Under the pieces are notes generated by a model. It saw only the letters and a program-made list of their open reading frames with translations. It did no database searches and was not told the origin of the DNA. 42,890 nt of DNA from Anaeroplasma sp. (GTDB lineage: Bacteria > Bacillota_I > Bacilli_A > Acholeplasmatales > Anaeroplasmataceae): positions 1-42,890 of the forward strand of contig JAZNYN010000150.1 of NCBI GenBank assembly GCA_045594405.1. The letters are read 5' to 3'. Within the stretch, counting starts at the first letter, position 1; every line of letters starts with the position of its first letter. Of the stretch, positions 17,453-26,807 are shown in pieces. A program made the position numbers and the translations under genes.

Positions 17453-17466
17453 TACTAAAGTGCCAA
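17440..17466. promoter_or_regulatory. CIRCE element 2, overlapping the -35 box
   Basis: TTGGCACTG-N9-AAGTGCCAA. Confidence 0.8.
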
Positions 17467-17488
17467 AAAAATAAAAAAATTAAAAGGG

Positions 17489-17938
17489 TTATTCAATAAC
17501 CCTTAAAAGTTCATCTATTTCATTTTCATTAAATACAGTAATTCCAGCTTGCTTTAGTATAGCTGTAGTTATACCGTTTCCATCAATTTTAGTCCCACTG
17601 AAGGTTCCATCATATATTTTGTGGACACCGCATGATGGAGACCCTTCCTTTAATAACGCATATTTGACATTGTATTTATTAGCAAGCTCTAATGCTTTAT
17701 TAGCACCTTTTATAAAGTTATCTGTAACATCTAAACCAACACTTGATATTATTTTATCACCTAGTATTTCACTTGGATTTCGTGGTGTTGCTAGGCCTCC
17801 AAACACCTCTGGACAAATATGTATTAAATTAAACTTTTCTTCAATTTCCTTTAATCTAGAAATCAAATTATTACCACCATTATATTTAGTGTTATTACCA
17901 CATAAGCATGTTGAAATAAGTAAGTTTATTTTTTTCAT
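17489..17938 (-). CDS. DUF523 / YbbK family protein (thiouracil desulfurase TudS family)
   Basis: S.CL.G...KYNG, CPEV.GGL.TPR.PSE, LKE.SPSCG...IYDG.F.G....G.G motifs. Confidence 0.88.
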   Translation of the reverse strand: MKKINLLISTCLCGNNTKYNGGNNLISRLKEIEEKFNLIHICPEVFGGLATPRNPSEILGDKIISSVGLDVTDNFIKGANKALELANKYNVKYALLKEGSPSCGVHKIYDGTFSGTKIDGNGITTAILKQAGITVFNENEIDELLRVIE

Positions 17939-18028
17939 AGTCTCACCATCCGTATAAATTTATTATACTACAATGAAGACAAAAGAACCACATAAAATGA
18001 TATGATACTTCCAAAGTAGTCCATATAT

Positions 18029-18547
18029 TTATATATCTAATAGATGATCAAAATAACTAATGATAATATTACTTAATTCCTTTTGGCGCTTTCCGATTAT
18101 ATCATCAATAATAAATACATATCCATAATGCTCATAATTAACAAATATTTCAGAAATAATTGTATCCTTATCTAGCTTATGTCCATCAATAATTTCTATT
18201 CCAACTCTACTTGATATTTCCTTATCAAGTAAGCTTTTTATTTTGCTGGTTAATAAATCAGATATGATATTTCCATTTGGTAATATAGGGTTAGTAGAAT
18301 ATACAATCGTTGCATCATCAATAATAACAATGTCAGAGGTATATTCAACCCTTAAGGATTCAATAAAGGCCTTAAGTGGAATAATATCAGCATGAAGCGG
18401 ATGATATTTTTCTAAAACAATTTGTGAACCCTCGGTGTATATATCTACCATATCGCCATTTTTTATTTTAAGTCTTTTTCTAATTTCCTTAGGAATAACA
18501 ACTCTTCCGAGCTCATCAAGTCTTCTTACAACACCTGTTTCCTTCAA
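18029..18547 (-). CDS. AbrB/SpoVT-family transcription regulator (SpoVT-like length)
   Basis: MKETGVVRRLDELGRVVIPKEIR..LKI..GD N-terminus plus a ~120-aa C-terminal domain; TTG start after GGAGTG. Confidence 0.88.
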   Translation of the reverse strand: MKETGVVRRLDELGRVVIPKEIRKRLKIKNGDMVDIYTEGSQIVLEKYHPLHADIIPLKAFIESLRVEYTSDIVIIDDATIVYSTNPILPNGNIISDLLTSKIKSLLDKEISSRVGIEIIDGHKLDKDTIISEIFVNYEHYGYVFIIDDIIGKRQKELSNIIISYFDHLLDI

Positions 18548-18600
18548 TTAAATCACTCCAATAAATAATTACTACTAACTTTAGTATTTACCAACTATAG

Positions 18601-20055
18601 TTATTTATTCTTAAATTTTTTATATGCGTGATTTAAATTTGATAGTGCAGATGGCGCTATAGATAATTTCTTGATTCCTATTTCAAAAAGCCTTGTTGCA
18701 ATTTCAGGAATGCTTGCAAGCTCACCACATAATGATAGGCTTATATTTTTTTCCTTAGCATAGCTTATTACTGGTATAAGCTCATCAATTAGCTTAAATG
18801 CAATGTCCTCATCATACATTGAATTTCTAGGTTTTTGATATAATTCCTCCATTAAATCATTTGTTCCGATTGAAATAAAGTCAACATTAGTAAATGTATC
18901 AAGCCTTTCTATTGCGTCTTTAGTTTCAAGCATCATACCTATTTTTATGTCCTTGTTTTCGGTTAGATCTAAAATCCAACCTCTTAAATAATTGAATTCC
19001 TCATTGGTCCTTATCATAGGCAGAAGAATACGAGGTTTTTTGCATGAATGAGAAATCGCAAGAACCTGACTTTTAAATAGTTCAGGATTATTAAGATAAT
19101 TCTTTATTCCTTTGCCTAAAGATTTAATACAGCTTACCTTTTTATCATCACCAATATCAAAAAGCCTAAAGGTAACCGGTTTATCTTTCATTATATTTAC
19201 AGCCTCAGAATATATCTTAAGCTGCTCCTCATAGGATAAAACGTCCTCTCTATAATAGAAAATAAATTCAGTTCTATATAAGCCTATTCCATCAAAGGAA
19301 AGCTTGCTTGCTTTTTTAACATCATCATTAGATGATGCGTTTGCTAAAAAGCAATAGCCTTCATGTGGCACAATTGATGTTTTTGTTTTAAGATTAATAA
19401 ATTCTTGATATCTATCCTCATCATATTTAGAATAGTTAAGTAATAATTCCTTTTTATATGTGTCGATAATTAAACTTTCACATTCAATTTTCTTATGACA
19501 TATAACGTATGGAATTTCCAGCTCTCTACATAAAATAGCACTATGAGAGGTATATCCACCATTCCTAGCCACAACACCCAAAATCTTATCCTTGTTCTTT
19601 AATAAGAAGGTTGGATATAATTCATTAGTTATAAGGATGAAGTTATTCTCTGGAATATAGGAAGCCTTATATTCTAAATTGTTTTTAAGATTTAATGCTA
19701 AATCCTGAAAATCATTAACTCTTTCCCTTAAATATTCTGATGGAGAATTAATTAATCCCATAGTATATTCAAATATTGTTTTATCAATAGCCTCTACAAT
19801 TGAGGTAGAGGTTTCTAGATATTTAATGATGCTTTTTTTCAAAACCGGATCATTAAGCATAAGCTTTTGAAATAAAATAAACTCTCCTAGCTTTTCATTT
19901 TCAGAAATAAGCTCATCTAGCTTTTTATTACAAATAGCTAATGATTTGTTGAAGCATTCAATATCCTTGGTATTAGAAAAGTCTTCATTTTTATAAACGA
20001 ATACCCTACCTTTTGCATAACCAGAGGAAATTATGTTATCGACTTTAATAATCAA
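18601..20055 (-). CDS. ptsI: PTS enzyme I-like phosphotransferase, shortened and divergent
   Basis: YLRER..D, GGYTSHSAIL (phospho-His), GIGLYRTEF, R..DIG.DK, GMMLET, SIGTNDL, CGELA. Confidence 0.8.
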   Translation of the reverse strand: MIIKVDNIISSGYAKGRVFVYKNEDFSNTKDIECFNKSLAICNKKLDELISENEKLGEFILFQKLMLNDPVLKKSIIKYLETSTSIVEAIDKTIFEYTMGLINSPSEYLRERVNDFQDLALNLKNNLEYKASYIPENNFILITNELYPTFLLKNKDKILGVVARNGGYTSHSAILCRELEIPYVICHKKIECESLIIDTYKKELLLNYSKYDEDRYQEFINLKTKTSIVPHEGYCFLANASSNDDVKKASKLSFDGIGLYRTEFIFYYREDVLSYEEQLKIYSEAVNIMKDKPVTFRLFDIGDDKKVSCIKSLGKGIKNYLNNPELFKSQVLAISHSCKKPRILLPMIRTNEEFNYLRGWILDLTENKDIKIGMMLETKDAIERLDTFTNVDFISIGTNDLMEELYQKPRNSMYDEDIAFKLIDELIPVISYAKEKNISLSLCGELASIPEIATRLFEIGIKKLSIAPSALSNLNHAYKKFKNK

Positions 20056-20060
20056 AACAA

Positions 20061-21374
20061 CTACCTCCTTATTACTATTACAGGAACAAGCATTTCGTTC
20101 CTTGTAATTCCAGCATGGTGTGATAAGAATAGATGGGAATCCTTACCCTTGTAATTAAAATAATAATCCTTAGTTGCAACAGCAACATAATCAGCTAAGA
20201 AATCATCTATTCTAGGATTTATATTATCGTCAGGCTTTCCAAAAAATCCTTTTTTGATTGCATCCTTAGTTTTATATAGCTTATATGCATATCCAAACAA
20301 AGAGTTAAATAGTAATTCGAATTCCTTATACTTACCCTTTTTAACACTGAAGCTTATACAGCGTGCGTCGTTTGATGGACGTCTATTTAATAGATTTAAT
20401 AATGGCTCACAATTATAGATGTCAATTTGCTTACAATTGATATGTCCATGATCGGCAGATATTATAAGAAGAGTATCCTTAGGAAGCTTTTTAGCGTAGG
20501 CCTCCATTTTTCGATCAAGTTCCTCAAATACCTTTTTAGTTTGAGTTGAGTCTGTGCCTGTTTCGTGCATTGTGCCATCAGGATCAGTAAAGTAAACGTA
20601 TTGAACCATTGGCTTAGCTGAGTTTCTTAAAAGCTTTAGGCTTCGTTTAGTAAGCTCCTTGATTTTATGATTGTGGTTTCTAAAATCAGGCTCAACAACT
20701 ACACCATTTACATCCATATCATGATAAAACATTTTATATGGGATGTAATTGTATAGGCTTATTCCTGTAGGCTCATCTGTAAAATAGTTAATACCATTAA
20801 ATAATATTAGGTTTCGGTTTGCTTCTTTTAAATAATTTTCCCAACCAGTCCATGAGCTTTCAAGCGGTGATAAACCGCATTTAGTTGCCGTAGTTGATGC
20901 AGCAGTAGTAGAAGGATAAATTGCTGAATTGATATGAACAATATTTCTTCTAAGGAATGAGTCCTCTGGTAGGTTGTATTCTAGAACATCTAGCCCCATA
21001 CCATCAAGCAGGAATACAATTACGTTCTTATATTTTTTATCAAACAAATAATCACAAGGTGCGTAGTGATGGCTATAACCGTAGTTGACTCTAATGGCTG
21101 ATATAATATTTAGCATACAGTTTGAATAATTAGGATATGATATCTCAAGGTCTTTGTCTAGCTTCTTTAGGTTATCCTTAATGTCTTCATTAATTTCTAC
21201 ATCAATCCATCCTAAAAGAAGGCTCTCATTTTCATTAGAAACCTCAACGCATAGATGAATAGAATCTGTAATAGTATATCCATCCTTAAGATATGATGCT
21301 AATGCAACATACATATCATTCTCATTATCAAATTTTAAAAAGAAGTAGTTATCCTTAATAATATGCTTTTCCAT
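20061..21374 (-). CDS. Alkaline-phosphatase superfamily nucleotide pyrophosphatase/phosphodiesterase
   Basis: LLDGMG, YPSTTAA (Thr nucleophile), PD..MH, ISADHG, HHAG....EM.VP; about 75 extra N-terminal residues. Confidence 0.85.
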   Translation of the reverse strand: MEKHIIKDNYFFLKFDNENDMYVALASYLKDGYTITDSIHLCVEVSNENESLLLGWIDVEINEDIKDNLKKLDKDLEISYPNYSNCMLNIISAIRVNYGYSHHYAPCDYLFDKKYKNVIVFLLDGMGLDVLEYNLPEDSFLRRNIVHINSAIYPSTTAASTTATKCGLSPLESSWTGWENYLKEANRNLILFNGINYFTDEPTGISLYNYIPYKMFYHDMDVNGVVVEPDFRNHNHKIKELTKRSLKLLRNSAKPMVQYVYFTDPDGTMHETGTDSTQTKKVFEELDRKMEAYAKKLPKDTLLIISADHGHINCKQIDIYNCEPLLNLLNRRPSNDARCISFSVKKGKYKEFELLFNSLFGYAYKLYKTKDAIKKGFFGKPDDNINPRIDDFLADYVAVATKDYYFNYKGKDSHLFLSHHAGITRNEMLVPVIVIRR

Positions 21375-21420
21375 AAAATACGCTCCTTACATCTTAAATA
21401 GATTATACCATATAAAAGTA

Positions 21421-21446
21421 AATGGGTGAATTTAATTTCACCCATT
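21421..21446 (-). terminator. Intrinsic terminator
   Basis: AATGGGTGAA-tttaat-TTCACCCATT perfect stem downstream of the ABC pair. Confidence 0.75.
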
Positions 21447-21452
21447 ATTCTT

Positions 21453-23285
21453 TTAATTTTCTAATAGCTTTGTGATAGCAGCATCAGACATTTGATTTTT
21501 ATATAGTTCAAAATAGTAGCCCTTCTTTTCTAACAACTCATGATGCTTGCCGCTTTCTACAACCTCACCATCACGCATAACTAATATTAAATCACAATTA
21601 ACAACAGTAGATAATCTATGTGCAATCATGAAGCTTGTGCGTCCCTTTAATACTACATCAATAGCATTTTGAATCATGCTTTCAGTTTTAGTATCAATAG
21701 AAGAGGTTGCCTCATCTAAAACTAAAATACTAGGGTTTGCGATAATAGCTCTGGCAAAAGATATTAATTGCTTTTCACCAAGTGATAGCTTATTTCCTGA
21801 TTCACCAACATTAGAGTTATAACCATCAGGAAGCTTTGTTATAAATTCATCTGCGGCAACAAGCTTTAGAGCATTTATGCACTCCTCATCAGTTGCATCT
21901 AATTTACCATATCGTACATTGTCTAGTATTGTTCCTGTAAATAGCTGTGGTGTTTGAAGAACATAGCCTAGATTTGAGTGAAGCCAAGTTATTGAACGCT
22001 CCTTATAATCTTTTCCATCAATTAGGATTTGGCCTGTAGTCGGCTCATAAAATCTACAAATTAAATTTACTATTGTTGATTTACCAGAGCCTGTGTGACC
22101 AACAAGTGCCACATTTGAGCCAGCTTTAATATGAAGGTTAAAATTCTTTAAAACAGTTTCACCCTTATTGTATTTAAATGTTACATCCTTAAATTCAACA
22201 TCACCAATAAGCGGCTCGAAGTTTTCATACTTAGGCTTCATAATTGTTCCATATTTTTCGATTACCTCAGGTGAATCTACAATCTCTGATTCTTGATCTA
22301 TTAATGAAATAATTCTTTCGGCAGATGCTTGAGCCTGTTGGAAATCACCGATTACCTGTGATATTGACATTACAGGTTCAAAAAATCTGATTGCATAATC
22401 AACGAATAAATATAGAGTAGGTATACTTACTGAAATTAATGTACCAATATATAGTGTAGAGCCCACGGTAAAGTAGCACATTATAAATACAAAGGGTCCA
22501 AATAGTGCTGAGAATAACACAGCACGTAATGATGCTCGTTTGTAATCATATGCTTTTTTATGGAATTCCATAGAATTCTTTTCCTCGATAACTAATGACT
22601 TTGTAGCCTTAGCACCCATAAAGCCTTCGTTATATGCGGCAGTGATTTTAGAGTTGTAGGCTCTTGCCTCACGATAGGCCTTTAATATTTTCATTCTAAT
22701 TAATATTACTACACCTAAAACTATAGGTAGTACACATATTACTACTAATGCTAATTTAGCATTATATGCAAGTAAAATACCTAGGATACCGAACATTGAA
22801 AGAAGTGCCCAAATAAAGTCTACCATACCCCATGAAAGAATTTCACTAAGCCTTCTAGCATCTGATGTTAATCGCGCCATAATCCAGCCCTGTGCAGTTT
22901 GGTCGAAGTAGCTAAATGATAGCTTTTGTAGATTTAAATATGCTTCCTTTCTAAGTTCGTATGAAACCATAACCTCTAGTTTAGATGCGAAGAATAGGAA
23001 TGCCCAAATGCTTACACCAAAAAGTATTGCCGCAATCATATACATCGCAATAAACCAGCCGACCGAATTAAACCGATTAGGATCGGTTCCTTGAAAATAT
23101 GTTTCAATTGCATAGGAGTTTAAAAGAGGATATCCTACATCAAGGATTACAGAGAATACAACTGATAATATCAAGCCTACAGTAAGACCCTTGTGCTTAA
23201 GAACGGTTTTAATTATTTTTTTCCAAGGTTCCTTAGCTGTGATTAGGTGTTCGCTTTCTTCAAATTCGTTTTCGTAATCAGCCAT
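21453..23285 (-). CDS. ABC exporter subunit B (TMD+NBD, heterodimeric multidrug type)
   Basis: N-terminal TM domain; GHTGSGKST, LSLGEKQ (degenerate signature), LDEATSSID, AHRLST. Confidence 0.93.
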   Translation of the reverse strand: MADYENEFEESEHLITAKEPWKKIIKTVLKHKGLTVGLILSVVFSVILDVGYPLLNSYAIETYFQGTDPNRFNSVGWFIAMYMIAAILFGVSIWAFLFFASKLEVMVSYELRKEAYLNLQKLSFSYFDQTAQGWIMARLTSDARRLSEILSWGMVDFIWALLSMFGILGILLAYNAKLALVVICVLPIVLGVVILIRMKILKAYREARAYNSKITAAYNEGFMGAKATKSLVIEEKNSMEFHKKAYDYKRASLRAVLFSALFGPFVFIMCYFTVGSTLYIGTLISVSIPTLYLFVDYAIRFFEPVMSISQVIGDFQQAQASAERIISLIDQESEIVDSPEVIEKYGTIMKPKYENFEPLIGDVEFKDVTFKYNKGETVLKNFNLHIKAGSNVALVGHTGSGKSTIVNLICRFYEPTTGQILIDGKDYKERSITWLHSNLGYVLQTPQLFTGTILDNVRYGKLDATDEECINALKLVAADEFITKLPDGYNSNVGESGNKLSLGEKQLISFARAIIANPSILVLDEATSSIDTKTESMIQNAIDVVLKGRTSFMIAHRLSTVVNCDLILVMRDGEVVESGKHHELLEKKGYYFELYKNQMSDAAITKLLEN

Positions 23286-23286
23286 A

Positions 23287-25095
23287 TTACTTCACCTCCT
23301 TTAATAGATTAATAAATTCGTTTTCTAAATCACCCTGGATACCCCAAAGCTCCTTATATAATCCATCAACCAATACTAATTCATCGTGAGAACCACTTTG
23401 AACTATTTGCCCCTTGTCTAATACAAGTATTAAATCGGCCTCCTTAGCTGTAGTAGTTCTATGAGTAATAATAATCATTGTTTGATTTTTGTTCTTTTTC
23501 TTTAATGATTTTCTAATTATTGAATCTGTTTTAGTATCTAATGCAGACAGCGAATCATCAAAGATAATTATTGGACAATCATTAACAAGCATACGTGCGA
23601 TTGCAACTCTTTGTTTTTGACCACCTGATAAGGTTGTTCCTTTCTCACCAACAATTGTTTTATAGCCCTTCTCAAATTTTAATACCTCATTATGAATTGC
23701 AGCAATTTCAGCCGCCTTATAGATTTTTTCTTCATCATGCTCAGTTGAGGCAATTGCGATATTATCATATACATTCTTTGAGTATAAGAAAGGATCCTGT
23801 AGTACTAGTCTAACATTTTTTCTTAGATACTTTTTTTCAATATCCTTTAGGCTTACTCCATCAAGAAAAATCTCTCCAGTATCGTATTCAAGCATACGAG
23901 TTAAAAGATTACAAATTGTAGATTTACCAGAACCAGTTCTACCAACAAGGGCGATTGTTTGACCGCGCTTAATTTTAAATGACACATTGTTTAATAAATG
24001 CTTATTATCATCATCAAATTTAAATGACACATTTTTAAATTCTATGTTTCCCTTTATTTCAGGAGTTTGTGTACCATTGATTGTAAATTCACTTGGTATA
24101 TCTAATATCTCTCCAATACGGTTTGACGCAACGGCAGCCTTACCGAAGTTTGCAATCATTCTACCTAAGCCTCTCATTGGCCACACCAGCATACCCATCA
24201 GCAATAAGCATGCTACTATATCAGATGAATCAATTACACCGTTTTTAGCAAGTAATATACCTGATGTAATTGTTAAAGCGTATTGTAAAAATACACTTGC
24301 ATCACTGCATCCCCAGAATATAGCCATTCTTCTTAAGAATTTTCCATTTACCTCACAATATTTAGTTGAAGCCTTATCCATCTTTTCAAACTCATATTGT
24401 TCGTTTGCAAAGGCTCTAACAACTCTAGCACTGTTAACATTCTCTTGAATAACAGTAGTCATATTAGATTCAGCCTCTTCAATAATTTCAGCCTGCTTAT
24501 TGCAGTAATTAAAATATACAATAGAGGAAACAGCAGTAAATGGCACTATGATTATGCTTATTAGCATCATAATTGGTGATATTTTATATACTTGATATGC
24601 ACCTAAGCTTACTGTAACAAAGATATTAATAAAGTTAGGTACATAAGCTGATACAAAGCTAGATATTTGATCAATATCTGATGTTGAGCGTTGAATCAAA
24701 TCACCAATATCAGAATTATTATGATAGCCATAGCTTAAATCACATACATGATCATAAATCTTTATTCTCATATCATAACCAATAAAGTGTGATAATGCAC
24801 CTTGATAATAGTTACATAAAAAGCGCATTACACTTCTTATTGCCTGTAGAATTACCATTGATAAACTTACTATTAGTATAATTGATAGGGTATCCTCACC
24901 CTTTTCAAAAATATTAATTAAAAACCTTGGTAGGGCAACAGAATCACTCTTGCCCTCTAAAACCTTAAAGACATATTGTACGAACAAAGGTAAATAAGAA
25001 TATAGCCATTGTAGGATTGTTGCAAGAGCAACTATTAGTATAAAGTAAGGAATGTATTTTACACTCCATTTTAATATTCTTTTTATTCCTTTCAT
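23287..25095 (-). CDS. ABC exporter subunit A (TMD+NBD, heterodimeric multidrug type)
   Basis: GRTGSGKST, LSGGQKQR, FDDSLSALD (Walker B E to D), THR; 1 nt from its partner. Confidence 0.93.
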   Translation of the reverse strand: MKGIKRILKWSVKYIPYFILIVALATILQWLYSYLPLFVQYVFKVLEGKSDSVALPRFLINIFEKGEDTLSIILIVSLSMVILQAIRSVMRFLCNYYQGALSHFIGYDMRIKIYDHVCDLSYGYHNNSDIGDLIQRSTSDIDQISSFVSAYVPNFINIFVTVSLGAYQVYKISPIMMLISIIIVPFTAVSSIVYFNYCNKQAEIIEEAESNMTTVIQENVNSARVVRAFANEQYEFEKMDKASTKYCEVNGKFLRRMAIFWGCSDASVFLQYALTITSGILLAKNGVIDSSDIVACLLLMGMLVWPMRGLGRMIANFGKAAVASNRIGEILDIPSEFTINGTQTPEIKGNIEFKNVSFKFDDDNKHLLNNVSFKIKRGQTIALVGRTGSGKSTICNLLTRMLEYDTGEIFLDGVSLKDIEKKYLRKNVRLVLQDPFLYSKNVYDNIAIASTEHDEEKIYKAAEIAAIHNEVLKFEKGYKTIVGEKGTTLSGGQKQRVAIARMLVNDCPIIIFDDSLSALDTKTDSIIRKSLKKKNKNQTMIIITHRTTTAKEADLILVLDKGQIVQSGSHDELVLVDGLYKELWGIQGDLENEFINLLKEVK

Positions 25096-25121
25096 AAATT
25101 CACCTCTCTTTAGAAATGCGC

Positions 25122-25152
25122 AAAAAAATACGAGCTATTTAGTTAGCTCGTA
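25122..25152 (-). terminator. Intrinsic terminator after the Lrp gene
   Basis: TACGAGCTA-tttagt-TAGCTCGTA with A7 on the left. Confidence 0.8.
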
Positions 25153-25161
25153 CATCATATA

Positions 25162-25632
25162 TTAATCTAATGGAATTAAGTTAGTTTTCTTTTCTGTTCC
25201 AACAACAATAGAAGTATCGATATTTGATACATGAGGAACATTAAGAAGCTTGTCAAATACAAAGTCACGATAGTATTGGAAGTTTTTAGCAACAATCTTT
25301 AATAAGAATGCAGCTTCACCAGTGATTGTATAGCATTCAACAATCTCAGGAATTTTCTTTGCTTCAGTAATAAATGCAGTAGATGTTTCTCTATTTAATG
25401 GTTGCATAGAAACCTTAGCAAAGCATGTAATTTCAAAGCCTAAAATCTTTTCATCTACGATTGCAGTGAATTGCTTTAGGACTTTTTGTTCCTTAAGATT
25501 CTTAACTCTTAGTAAGCATGATGATGGGGCTAACCCGATTTTCTTAGATAGTTCAATATTAGAAATTGAAGAATCCTCTTGTAAATATTTAATAATTTGC
25601 TTATCTTGTGCGTCTAAATGTATAGTTGACAT
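25162..25632 (-). CDS. Lrp/AsnC family transcription regulator
   Basis: LD..D..I...LQ.D..ISN.ELS..IGL.PS.CL.RVK.L; IPEIVECY.ITG...FLLKIV. Confidence 0.95.
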   Translation of the reverse strand: MSTIHLDAQDKQIIKYLQEDSSISNIELSKKIGLAPSSCLLRVKNLKEQKVLKQFTAIVDEKILGFEITCFAKVSMQPLNRETSTAFITEAKKIPEIVECYTITGEAAFLLKIVAKNFQYYRDFVFDKLLNVPHVSNIDTSIVVGTEKKTNLIPLD

Positions 25633-25774
25633 TATTTTCCCACCTTCCATTGATAATAGTTCATTACATATTGTAACATATTGATTTTTTAAAGTAAAGA
25701 TTATTCGGAAAAATGTGTAATTATTTTATTTTTATGCAAGGAAAGTATTGTTTTGCTATAAAATTATTCACATA

Positions 25775-26797
25775 TTATCTTCTAAAATGTCTTAGATAAT
25801 CTATAAACTCTATACAATTTTTTTGAGTTGTGTTAAAAGATGTAACCAATCTAATAACGTTAGAATTACTATTATTTGGCTCCCACACCTCAAAATCAAA
25901 TTCCTTTTTTATATATTTTTCAATTTCGTGGCTTACAATTGGAAATATTTGATTAGTTACAGAACGGAATTTAAATGGAATTCCTAGCTTTGATATCTCA
26001 TCTGCTAAAAATTTAGCCATGGCATTTTGATGTGCACCAATATTTACATATGTATTATCCTCTAATAAAGCCTCAAACATAATTGCTGCAGTAAAGCCCT
26101 TTGAATACATAGCACCATAATGCTTAACACTATAATTAAATTCTTTTTTAAGCTCCTCATTATTGATAACCACAGCCTCACCAAATAATGCACCACATTT
26201 AGTTCCACCGATATAGAATACATCAGTGTATTTACCTAGGTCCATAAATGTTACATCTGTAGCTGCTAGTGCTGAAGCAAGTCGTGCACCATCTAAATAT
26301 AAATATAGGTTATGCTCCTTACAATATTTGGATAAATTCATTAGTTCTATTTTATTGTATACTGTACCTATCTCTGTTGGATTAGATATGTATACCATTT
26401 TTGGTTTTACCATATGGTGATCAATATGCTTGTCTAATACCCTTTGAATATCATCTGGTGTAAGCTTTCCGTTTTCACATTCACATGCTAAGCACTTATG
26501 ACCTTGTCCCTCAATGGCTCCTGTTTCGTGAACATTGATATGTCCTGATTCGGCACATATTACTGCCTCATACGGTCTTAAGGCAGATGAAATAACAACC
26601 ATGTTTGCTTGTGTACCGCCCATCAAGAAGTGAACGTCACAATTAGTGCCAGTTTTCTTTCTTATTATGTTAATGGCATTTTTGGTATGCTTATCCTCAC
26701 CATAGCCGATGTTTTGTTCGATTGAGTATTCCATTAAGCGTTGAATTACCTTTGGATGACCAATCTCAGAATAATCGTTTCTAAAACTATATTTCAT
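25775..26797 (-). CDS. Low-specificity L-threonine aldolase family (PLP)
   Basis: F.NDYSE, GYGED, GGTQAN, HINVHETGAIE, SNPTEIGTVY, LDGARL, GGTKCG, TNQIF, RLVTSF. Confidence 0.9.
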   Translation of the reverse strand: MKYSFRNDYSEIGHPKVIQRLMEYSIEQNIGYGEDKHTKNAINIIRKKTGTNCDVHFLMGGTQANMVVISSALRPYEAVICAESGHINVHETGAIEGQGHKCLACECENGKLTPDDIQRVLDKHIDHHMVKPKMVYISNPTEIGTVYNKIELMNLSKYCKEHNLYLYLDGARLASALAATDVTFMDLGKYTDVFYIGGTKCGALFGEAVVINNEELKKEFNYSVKHYGAMYSKGFTAAIMFEALLEDNTYVNIGAHQNAMAKFLADEISKLGIPFKFRSVTNQIFPIVSHEIEKYIKKEFDFEVWEPNNSNSNVIRLVTSFNTTQKNCIEFIDYLRHFRR

Positions 26798-26807
26798 AAA
26801 AATCCCC

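Noticed and set aside
17998-18023. TGATATGATACTTCCAAAGTAGTCCA, and TGATATGCACCC near 28544, resemble IS3-family ends
   Set aside because: No transposase, partner inverted repeat or target duplication; the second is explained by a terminator stem. Too weak to call.
20061-21374. PglZ-like phosphatase suggesting BREX defence
   Set aside because: No other BREX genes; size and motifs fit a stand-alone nucleotide pyrophosphatase/phosphodiesterase.
21453-25095. Degenerate Walker B and signature motifs in the ABC pair
   Set aside because: Non-canonical motifs of this kind are usual in heterodimeric ABC exporters and do not indicate pseudogenisation.
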